Origin: Psilocybe cubensis
Taxonomy: Eukaryota
DNA length: 64,000 nucleotides
NCBI GenBank assembly: GCA_017499595.2
Contig: CM039001.1
Location: 2,790,001-2,854,000, forward strand
Direction of reading: 5' to 3'
Under the pieces are notes generated by a model. The model saw only the letters and a program-made list of their open reading frames with translations, was not told the origin of the DNA and did not search any database. Within the stretch, counting starts at the first letter, position 1; each line of letters opens with the position of its first letter. A program made the translations under genes and the position numbers. Positions 12,524 to 23,647 of this stretch are shown here, one piece after another.

Positions 12524-13771
12524 ATGAGTGGCTTTCTCTTTCGCCTCGGATTCAGGCCCCATGCGCATCTTACCGTCCTCACCACACAACGAGGTCTCCC
12601 TTTTCTGAAAAATAACAATAAACTCGGAACTTCTGTTCTCGATTCATTACAAACACGAGCATTTTCGGCATACCCTCGCATCCTTTCGCGTCCAATCCAT
12701 AATCAATGGCAAACGAGGAGTTTTACTCCATCTAAGAAAGACCTGTACGCTAGTCCTCTCCGACGCTGGCTCTCTGGAACACGTTGGTCAAATTCACCGC
12801 GATACCACTCCCCGCCACCTCCTCCCAAACGCGAATTTCTGGCTTTTCTTGATCGCATACCGCCGAACGCTGTGTTTGTGGGTATCATCAGTATCAACGT
12901 AGCAGTGTTTGCTATCTGGTTGGCAGCAAAGGAAAAATATGTGCGCATGGCTTGTCCAATTCGATCACACATCCCTGACTTCTATCACAGAGACAAGAAA
13001 GAGACCCGACGTTACTCCTCTGGATGAAGGACCATTTTTTTACCAGCTGGAAAAACTTTAGTGAGGGGAGAGTGTAAGTTCCGTTCTGTTGTTGCTTTTC
13101 CGTACCATATGATGCCATTACTTGATATTGCCTATATCCAGATATACTCTAATGACATCGGTCTTCTCACATATGGATTGGTCGCATATCCTTTTCAATG
13201 GCTTTACGTTCTTCTTCATGGCAAATCCGGTCCTTGAAATGCTAGGAAGCCGTAACTTCATTCTTCTCTACCTCGGTGGTATGTTTGCTCTCATATTTGT
13301 ATATGAATATATAGACCGACTGAACTTGAATTACAGGTGGCCTGGTTTCATCGGTATCAAGTCTTGCCTATGCTAAAATGGTAGGAAAAGTTGATTATAA
13401 TTCACATGGAGCCAGTGGTAAGTTTATTTTTCCATTAAGCTATTAAAATAAATACATAAAGGGTTTGCTTGTTATAGGTGCTATTTATACTATTGTGACC
13501 CTTCTGGCATGTGTGGCCCCTAAGCTAACCTTTCAATTATATGGAATTATACCTGTCCCAGCATGGCTTGCAGTTTCTGGGTTTTTCACATATGATATGT
13601 ATAGAACAATATCTGAAAAAGTAAGTAAATTGTTATATGGTGCAAAGATAATTTATTTACTTCCAATGTCATTACACTTTATAGAGTGGAACAACTGATA
13701 CAGTAGGTCATATTGCAGGTATTTTAGCTGGTATAGGCTATTATCTTGGCAAACGGTTTAGATTGTTTTAA
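12524..13771 (+). CDS. PCP1: Rhomboid intramembrane serine protease, mitochondrial PARL/Pcp1-like
   Basis: Arg/Ser-rich presequence, TSVFSHMDWSHILFN, catalytic SHGASGAIY and DTVGHIAG. Spliced; stop TAA at 13769-13771. Confidence 0.8.
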
Positions 13772-14569
13772 ACAATTAATATTAATTTTACAATAATTTT
13801 GCCTTATTAGAAAAGTAAGATTTTATTAGCCAAAAAAATATAGAAAGCAAGAATATTATTATTCCAAGACCAATTCCAAATAGTAGCCAGATTCACTACA
13901 GGCTCAGTTACATGTTTGATGTCAAACATTGACAATCAAACAGATATTATATAGGATGTAGATGTTTTATCATGAACAGCCTAAAAAGTGGGAAATGTGT
14001 AATTTGGTGGAATAGTGTCTGTGGGATTGTCTATAATGCATGCCATGGCCAAAAAATTTTTTCAAAAAGAAATTTTGGATATTTGAAAACAAAGAGAATA
14101 AAAGAAATTTTTCTTTGGATGTTCTAAGAATGGATGCAACAAGAAGTGGTGCTTTGTCTGAATGGTAAAAAAAAGTAGTATTGTTCTCACCTACTAATTC
14201 AGCACATAGTAGCCATTCTGCAATCATATTATTTTATTATACTTCATATTAAATGTAAACTATTTAGTATTATGCTTTTATAATAATATATAAACCATGA
14301 ATCAGTAATATTTAGATCAGATTTACTTGGATCAGGTTGGCAGTAGCAACATTTGTGTCTTCTTTAATACTCAAGGCTGCCAAATTATGCTCCAAAGAGG
14401 AACTCATAAAGCAAAAGACAATATACTTGATATTGTCAAGACTATTAATAGCAACATAGCCTTCTAGAATATTTGATAAGAAATTCTGGACATTTATATG
14501 GAAAACTTTGATAATAGCAAATGGGCAACTTATTAGATTTATAAGCTTATTTATATTTGTTGGACAAGC

Positions 14570-15757
14570 ATAAGCATCACTCTTCTTTTTAAGGAAGTAG
14601 AGCCAGATGTGAGGTGTGTGATTGTCCAAAAAGAACATGAAGTATTTACACTTCTGGTAGGAATAAACAGAAAATGTCTTGAGATTGCAATAGATATAAT
14701 CAAAAGGCTTTTTCACGTGTTTGGGGTTTTTGTCATATGACTTGTCAGTCATTTTACCCTTTGCACAGCCTTTATAGACATCTTTATTCTTGGATATGCT
14801 TATTTTGGGAAAGTTCTTTGTGGAATCCTTAAAATGTCTAAGAACATTATCAGAGGGATAACCAAGGTATTGATGCCAAAGGTCACTTGACTTTTGGAGA
14901 GTCAAAAATAATGTGCTAATGTCTCAATGTGCATGTGCACTCAATACATTGGATGTCAGATCGATTCATTTGAATTTGCCCTGGCTTGCAAGCCATATGA
15001 TTTCTCAGGCAGATTAAAGAACCAAAGGATTTTAGCTGTTCCTTCTATAGTCATGCCAGATAACAGGAGTTGTCCTATCAACAATAATTGAATATATAAT
15101 TGTTCCATGTATAGAACAGAATAGAGTTGGCAGACTTTATATCCCAGATCCTTAGAGTGTGAGGCCACTTCTATGAAAATTGTTCCAAAATCCGTGATAG
15201 GGACCATGGTGGTGGCAGTTTGCAAGATAGAACAATTATTTTTAGCAAAGTCTTGATAACTTGCGAAATCAGACTTATTGCCAGTAAAGTGCACACTAGC
15301 ACCACTATCCATTAATTATGCCGTAAAGGTGTCTTTCCTCTTTCTGGGTTTTTCAATTCCTTTTTCTTTGCAATCTGGACAACACTCAAAATGAGATAGA
15401 TATTTTTGATATACATCATGTACAAATAAGTAGTAAATATCTATAGAGAATTTCTCCTTCTCCAGCCAGTTGACTGTTGAGTTGTTATTGTTTCTAGATG
15501 GGGTAGTCCCTGTGGGAATCTCAGTATTATTTTTAGTCCAGTTGCTAGATCTAGAACTTACTTGCCTGTCAATGTGTTCATCATCAAAGAACTTGTCCAT
15601 GATGTTTTGACGGTGTTTATACTCATCTTTATCTCCGTAATCCATACATTCCTCAAAAAGAACATCAGAAGACCGTTTTCTTTGATTATCAAAGTTGGGA
15701 ATGTCACCATATTGAACTGGTTCCAGTCTGAATAGCTTATTGCTAAGTTCTTTGCTG
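14570..15757 (-). pseudogene. Decayed internal fragment of a Copia element (gag end, protease, GAG-pre-integrase, integrase start)
   Basis: Collinear with ~47240-48420 of the intact Copia (MDSGASVHFTG, LWHQYLGYPS, YFLKKKSDA), with many C>T/G>A changes and stops. Confidence 0.9.
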
Positions 15758-15836
15758 ATAAATCAAAGATAATAAAAGCATAATAGACAATAAAAACAAT
15801 ATAAATAAATACAAAAAATAAGCAAAACAAATCAAT

Positions 15837-16177
15837 TATTGAGCAGCAAGATATGCCCAGTACTACTCTACATAGACAATGTACGCTAGTGGCAGGGACT
15901 TGACTTAATATTTACTCTGTGGGTAGTGTTACTTGAGCTGTAGCTACTCAAGTGGGTTGTGAAAACTGCTTGTATTTTAAAGAGCAATAGTGTTGCCCTT
16001 ATATACACCTAAAATGTGTTACATGTGACTAGTGACGGTAACTACTGTATAGTTTTTAGTCATCTATTTAAATGTAAACTATTATTTGTAATCCACTCAT
16101 ATGACTTAGCACATGACCTAATAATCACATGGTCAAACATGAGTATAATTAACTATTTTAATAATAGTCATTCAATA
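15837..16177 (-). repeat. Copia LTR (341-bp subfamily), probably a solo LTR
   Basis: Homologous to LTRs 44144-44462 and 56315-56655. Flanked by TCAAT/CCAAT (near-TSD); no PPT or PBS adjacent. Confidence 0.85.
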
Positions 16178-19100
16178 CCAATGACTGCTTGGATTGAGAA
16201 TGTTATATATAGATCCAAATGTATATTTTAACCTATAATAGCTAGAGTAATGTATGAAGAATAGGCAGTTGCTTAACATACTTCATATGTCCTGAGCAGC
16301 ACTTTCCTAACTGTTCAAATTAATGTAGTTATATGACTATGAGAATAAATATGAAATAATAAAACAACACATATAGGGTTTGAATCAGCAGTGTTACTAC
16401 TGAAACACTTACATAAAAGTATTATCACTAACCATTAGATCAACAAGGCACATAATGGTTTGGGGTTTGAAATTAGAAAGTAGAGCTGGTTAGGGTTAGG
16501 GATTAGGATTGGTTAGGATTGGTTAGGGCTTATAGATTTAGAAGTGGGAGATACTATTAATAATTATTAGGATTTAGGGTTGGGGATAAGTGTCTAATAC
16601 TAATAAAGATACATAATTTTAAATAGTCTAATGGTATAGTTGGTGAAATGCTTGATATTGCTTAGTTTAAGCCTTGCTAATAGCATTTTATTATTTGTTA
16701 TAGCATTAGTCATATAACAATTTTGTAGAACATTAACCTAATAGCAAACTACTAGTCTGGATATACGAAATGTTTTGAATAACTGCCCAAGTATATATAT
16801 AAATATAGCATCCATAGCTAATATTTCATCTCCAATCAGGATGTATAATAATAGGCAAACTTATGTTGGGCAAAGAGAGGTAGTATAGAAAAAATAAGCA
16901 TAGCACTATATATCATGGTAGATAATAAGAATCATAATAGAGAAGATAGAATAAAAGAACATAAATCAAATTATCCATACACATTCTATCACATTCACTA
17001 CACACTCTAAATCAACATGGCTGAAGGAAATACTAATGCATCCAATGAAGACTCTAGTTGTACATATAGAATCATGTTTGGATCTGCAGGTATGCCTAGA
17101 TCTGGGTCTAGAAATGCACCCAAAACCTTTGATGGGAGATATGATAAAGTGGAATCATTCCTTAAAGTTATAGATCAATTATATGCAAAACACAGAATTA
17201 CATCTCCAGCTGATAAAGTTTCCTTGGTTTTGGATTACTATGCACCAGTAGTTAAAAACTACATTAAGATTACCAAGGAATTTACTGCTAATAATTTGGA
17301 AAAGCTCAAGGACAATCTACTCAGAGCTTATGATGCAGAGCGACAAAAACCCATTTATGACATAACAAAAATTCACCATGCAGCAGAACACCAATCTGAG
17401 AGACCTATCACCAACTTGAAGCAGTGAAGAAAGTATGTTGTCAAGTATACTACCCAAGCAGGACAGTTGTTAAAGAAAGGAAGGATGAGCGAGTATAATT
17501 ATAATGGTTATTTTTGGTCAAGCATACATAAGGATCTATGCAGACTTTTTCAACCCATGTTATTAATAGAGGCCAAGAATCATGACCGCACTCAACCTTA
17601 CAAGGTTCAGGATATAATCAAGGTTGCAGAATAGCATTTCAAGCGAGATCAGTTCAGTGACCTGATTCCCAAACATTCTACTGCATATGCAAGAAAATCA
17701 GATACTAACTCAAGTTCAGACTCTGATGACTCTGATACTAGTGATTCAGAATCTGAAAGACATTCTTAATGCAAGCAATGTTCAAACCGCAAGACTAGTC
17801 GCAAACGGAAGGATCATTACAAAAAGAAATATGAACATCTCCAAAAAAAAAGAGAAGGAAAGGAAAGAAGCTAAGCAAGAAACTTCTACCAAGCAAGCTA
17901 CAGATTTGCCTAAAAATGAAATGGATCACTTGGTTAAAAGTTTAAACAAGATGACTCTGGTTGTTAAAAGCAATCATGAGACTATTACTCAATTAATGCA
18001 GCAAACATATAATGTTCAGCCTAACATAGGACCTTATCCCAACAATACAGCTCCGGTATTATTCACTCACAATAATTTCAATTTAACCACCCCGGTAAAT
18101 TATTCTAATAATAGCACTAATCCAGCTACTTATCTAAATAACATTCCCATCAATAATGCAAATCCTAACTATGCAAACATGCCTAGGGTTGCACCACATT
18201 GTTATGGATGTTTAAGCCTAGACCATTACATAACATCATTCCAACTTCAATATTTATTCTCCAACTACGGCTCATATGGGGCTCTATTTTGCACCACATT
18301 ACTCAGTTCCCCTACATCTCCTAACAAATGGATATGTCACATCCCAAAGCTTATGGCATTCCAACAAATTTTATCCATTATTCTAAAATCTTTATCCGAC
18401 TTACCATACGGCTTTGGTTACAGGCCCGAGGGACTACAACAGTATATCAAATATTACCAATACGCTCGAATTTTGCTTCAATAATGAGGCATGCATCCTC
18501 TACTCGCACAGGCCAAAAGCAAGCTAATTCGCAGCACTGAGTACTTTCTATATGACTATAACTTTACCACCAAATTACTCACACTTCAATCCATACTTGC
18601 CTTTTGGTTTTGAAAATACAATGCTTTACGACTTTTTAATCAAGTGGTATTATCCCGATTGGTTCCTTTTGACACATGTTTGGCCTTATTTCCTACCCAT
18701 TAAGTTCTACAAAGGCAAGCACCATGCTTGATCCCAAACTGTTCAACTTAAAAATGATTTTATATTTCAGTTTACAAGATATGATGAAAGTGCAGAGCAC
18801 ACTCTGATCTCACTAATTCAACTTCAAATTGAAAATTTTTATTTATTTGTTTCAAATATTGTCCACTTCCCTATCCTTGACTCAACCTCGCATATACACG
18901 GGTACTATAGTTTACAATTGTTTGTTTGTACTTGGATCAATTCCCAATCATGTTTTCTTATGCCTATGACACTATTCAATTTTAAACCAAGTCCAAAGTA
19001 TAACCAAGGTATTACAAATCAACTTCAAATAAAGCCAGAAATTTCAGGTTTTTGAAAATCAAAGTTTTATACCAAGGACTTGAAAAATTTCACGTTTTTG

Positions 19101-20589
19101 CATCAAGTTAAAAATAGAACAAAGTTCAACTTAATCATGTTCTCCGCGCCTGACAATGCATGGACCAAGTTTGCACCTTCTATCAACAGCCAAAACCACA
19201 TTTGCTATATGTTTCATACCTTAAAACTACCTATAGAGATATACAATAACACATCCTGCGTATTACTGGAAGATGAAATACTCTGGGAGAAACCGTACAA
19301 ACCCAACAACAACAACAAATTTATTTTGTACCCCCATACTTAGCAACCAAGTAGCAATCACGCAAGGTACATGTTCACTGCGTATAAGCAAGTTGATAAG
19401 AAAATACACCCTGTATCTACCAGCTTCTCTAAAGATTGCCAAGTTATCCGACAAGTCACAGAGGATCCATTACTCACACTAGGGCCACTACCCACGCATC
19501 TGCTGACATTTATCCCAACTCGAAAAATTTCTACCAAACGCATGTCCAAATTGAAGATTAATTTGGGTCAATTCTTATGGCCTGAAGAAGTCAAGCTATT
19601 CCAGCATGTTATGGTACTTAACGAGGATGGAATTGCTTTTGAAGACATTGAATGTGGAACTTTAAAGGAATCATATTTTTCCTCATATATTATTCCAACT
19701 ATTGCACATTCTTTATGAGAAGAGCGAAACATTCTAATTCTGCTTGGCTTGCGTGACAAGGTTATAGAAATCATCAAGTTAAAAATGGATGCCGGAGTTT
19801 ACAAATAAAGTCAGTCATTTTATTACTCACGCTGGTTTGTAGTACTTAAAAAAAATGGCAAGCTTCAAATCATTCATGATTTGCAACCTTTTAATCAGGT
19901 AGCAATCTACAATGCAGGAACACTGCCTATAGTAGATGATTTTGTGGATAGCTTTGCTGGACGACAATGCTATATAGTGTTTGATTTGTTTTGGAGCTTT
20001 GATGCTCGCAAAATTCATCCACGAAGTTGAGATTTGACTGCTTTTATGACTTTGTTGGGACTTCTAAAAATCACATCTTTACCTACCGGATTTACAAACT
20101 CCCCAACCAAATTTCAGAAGTGCATGGTCATTGTATTACAACCGGAGATACCACATGTAGCCAATATTTTTATAGATGCCATCTATAAAAAGTGCGGGTA
20201 GATTACAAAGCATTGTAAACCCAATTAAATATTTTTTTATTCAAAATTCTCGCACTGCGTTACAACCCTCTTGAAATGTTGTGAGAAACCGGAAATATTG
20301 CAGTGTGAATAAATTAATTTGAGGTTTACAATATTTTTGGGTATTGCAATATGAAAGAATAAGCGGCTAGTTTATAATCTCAACAAATTACTGTATGAGA
20401 TGACAAGGAATCAAGAGCGTTATAAAACATTGCGAGAATTTATTGGGTTTCTCAATGATAAGGAGGATTGAATGGGATTTTGAGGCACCCAGCAGATTAT
20501 AATAGAACAAATTTATTTATTCAGTAATAAAAGTACAGGCATGGTATGTAAAGCAGGGCAGAGCAGAGCAATAATTACAGCAATGAGAG

Positions 20590-22685
20590 ACATCAGAATT
20601 TCTTAGCCTTACGTTTGATAGGTTGGCGCGTTCCCATGGTCTGGGCACCTTTCTTGGCCTTTTTAGCTGGTGGTTCTTCACCGTCGGCGGCAGTGGCGTC
20701 AGAATTGGGAGTAGGCAGGGCCTCATCCCCAGTCTCGAAGGGGTCTGAAGGTGGTGCCTGTAGCTAATATGAGCCCTAGATAGAGAATGTAATAAATACA
20801 CTCACGTCTTTACGCTTTGGACCAGGGCGGCGTGGCGCCGCTTTCCTCTTTGCAGGGAGCTAATCATAATATTAGTGTAATGAACCAATCTCGAATGAAA
20901 ACGCACCTTGATCTTGATCGGGGCTGGTGGGGAAGGGGAGCGTTTGTTTTCGGAAGAAAGAGAGGAAGAATCCTCAGAAGGGAGGTCAGGGGGGGATTCT
21001 GAAGGGATCCTAATCGCGTTTAATGCCATTCGGCGATGGGAGACTTGTTGAGGCACAGGTTCCGCCAGTGAAACAGCTGCAAATGCTTTAGCTAGCGCTG
21101 GTGCAGACCCATTATCTAGGGCGGGGTGGGAGGAGGGTGCGCGTGCTTGAGGAGATGCAGGTGCGGGTGTGGGTACACGAGCAGGTTCGGGTGTGGGTGC
21201 ACGAGGGGATGCGGGTGCAGGTGCACGAGCAGGTGCAGGTGCTTGAGCCGCAGCGGCCATTTGAGCTTTACGCCGTTCTACCGGGTCTCTGAGGCGTCCG
21301 TCGCGTGCACTACCTTCCAAAGAGGACGACTTCTTGTCATGATCCACGGGCTCAGATGGTAAGATAATGTTCCTAGAAATTCATTAGCATAAAATCAAGC
21401 GCGTAAGGCATGCTTACTCTTGCCACCAAGCCACAGTCTCCTTGGCCCACGTATTGTCATCAGAAAGACCCGACAGAAGCGTCAGAATAAATGCGTAGAG
21501 GCGGTCGGCCTTCAAAATGCTTTTCGCCTCAGGCCAAGTCTTACCGCTGATTGCAATGACAAGCTTTGAAGGAGGTTAGCACTGACAGACTACTGGCAAT
21601 GTCCACTTACCATCATGCAATAATAACATATGAGTCTTATCGTTAGTTCATATACTTTGTGAATCTGTCCTTTGCTGGCACGTCTTCCAAGCCTGTTGGC
21701 CTCGCCTACAAGCATACGTTGGACGAACTAGAGTGCCAATATGTATCAATGACATGTCAAAACATAAAAAAAAACTTACTTGGGGACCCAAGAGTGGTCA
21801 AAACAGACCTTGGACCTCGTTGTCTATGTCAAATGGGATGTCAGGGTCATACAAGCAAGCTGGCTAATCCAGCGCGTCTCCATTTTTGGTATCGGCTTCG
21901 AGTGATTCACATTGCACGCTATCCACAAATAAATCAACTCATATTCGCAGAAAATAACAAGCCGACTTACAGAATTTCACGCGCATTGAGGTCGGCGAGC
22001 TCGGCGAACTTGACACGTGGGATTAAAAGAGCGGCGTATGCAGGGTGTTTATAGCCCCGGTTCACCCTGGCACAGGCCAGTTTGTAGGCCTGTAGGTCAA
22101 GTGGGACCCTCAGATCAAATAGGATCAACTCCGGGATCAACTTATGTGCCTTGAAGAGATCGTCGGATCGCGAATGAGCTGCAGCACTCGATACCTTACA
22201 AGTATGGTTAGTCGATCTGTACATGCGACCTCACAAAATTCTTACCAAATCAATGACTTTGCCAATCAAGGCAGAATTGTCCTTGCACTTCTTGATGATA
22301 TCCATAAGGTCGGGCATTAAGTCCTGCATCTCATAAAAGGACCAGAGCTTGGGTTGTAAACTAATATATGCATAAATAAATGCCCCAGAAAAAAAAAGGC
22401 GCATATACTTACTCCAATATTTGTTGTCGGGTCATACCATCCGTTATATGGTTGGCCAGAAACTCAAGACCCTCTTGGATGACGCTCTTTACGTTCAAAA
22501 ATGGGTTGATGGACTGGTGAATCCATCTCGCGCCCTTCAGAGTGTCTGCTAGTTCGGGGCATCTACAAATAACGTTAGCGGTTAACGCGCACGGGGACGG
22601 GGGAGGGGGGGATTCAGGCTTACTCGAGTTCTTTGTTGGTGTTGATAGCCATGAGGGCTTTTTCAATCTGGGTCGGGGTGAGCAT
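20590..22685 (-). pseudogene. Transposon cargo gene 1, DUF6698-like basidiomycete protein with Pro/Ala-rich tail (disrupted)
   Basis: Multi-exon remnants ARWIHQSINPFLNVKSVIQEG, AAHSRSDD, RGYKHPAYAALLIP, ELTIRLICYYC and WAKETVAWWQ resemble the DUF6698 motif order (from recall). In-frame stops; 3' end approximate. Confidence 0.55.
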
Positions 22686-22989
22686 GGTGGTGGATGGTGG
22701 TGGTACGGGAAGAAAAGGGATGAAAAAAACTCCCTTCCGCATATACCGAGCGCAATGGTTATGTAATGGACACCTGAGGAGGTACAGATGTCCGCGCTAT
22801 TCCGCGCCATTGCCATAACTAGCGGGCGAAGGAGGCGCGATTGCCATCGACAGCGAGCTGTCAGAGGATAAAAATAGCCCACCGCGAATCACCATAGCCA
22901 GGAGGTAGCCACCCAAGACGCCCCAGGTATATCCGTGTGTTGAAGCTTGTGGCCAGGGCTTTCGACAACGAGAAGGGGTGTATACGCAC

Positions 22990-23318
22990 ACCAAACGAAC
23001 CCCTAGGTATTTCCGTGGGTTGAAGGGTGTGAGCACCGACTTGAGCAGCCTACAGACTACGGAATCACCGTAGTCAGCAGGCTGCCACCCAACGAATCCC
23101 CAGGTATCTCCGTGGGTTGAAGGATGTGGGCACCGACTTGAGCAGCCTACAGACTACGGAATCACCGTAGTCAGCAGGCTGCCACCCAACGAACCCCCAG
23201 GTATTTCCGTGGGTTGAAGGATGTGGGCACCGACTTGAGCAGCCTACAGACTACGGAATCACTGTAGTCAGCAGGCTGCCACCCAACGAACCCCCAGGTA
23301 TTTCTGTGGGTTGAAGGG
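22990..23318. repeat. 97-bp tandem repeat, ~3.4 copies, each full unit containing a long hairpin
   Basis: CAGCCTACAGACTACGGAATC recurs at 23046, 23143 and 23240. Each full unit contains GCAGCCT..GACTACGG-AATCA-CCGTAGTC..AGGCTGC (the third has CTGTAGTC). Confidence 0.95.
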
Positions 23319-23451
23319 TGGTAGTGGTGCGGAAGTCAACAGAGCCAACAAACGGAACCCCTACCCAAATTCAGATTCCGCCTGATGGCAATTTCAAACT
23401 CCGACACACGTGGTGATCTCAACACGTTCCTGCGTCATTGGTTCTTCTTCG

Positions 23452-23647
23452 CTACCCAGGCTCATTGCTCGGGCAGCCTCACTACCCAGGCTCATTGCTC
23501 GGGCAGTACGCGCAACCTACCCAGGCTCATTGCTAGGGTAGAACGCGAGACACTACCCAGGCTCATTGCTTAGGCAGAACTCATAAACTACCCAGGCTCA
23601 TTGCTAGGGCAGTACGCTTAAACTACCCAGGCTCATTGCCAGGGCAG
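23452..23647 (+). repeat. Array of six 25-nt hairpin units CTACCCAGGCTCATTGCYNRGGYAG with 5-11 nt variable spacers
   Basis: Units start at 23452, 23482, 23517, 23553, 23588 and 23623. Confidence 0.95.

Noticed and set aside
14570-16177. Classical Neurospora-type RIP
   Set aside because: Transitions are abundant, but young repeats with identical LTRs are untouched and CpG loss appears to dominate; the context was not quantified.
16487-16530. TTAGGG-like repeats as a telomere or telomere-healing site
   Set aside because: Only two or three exact units mixed with TTAGGA variants, internal to TE debris.
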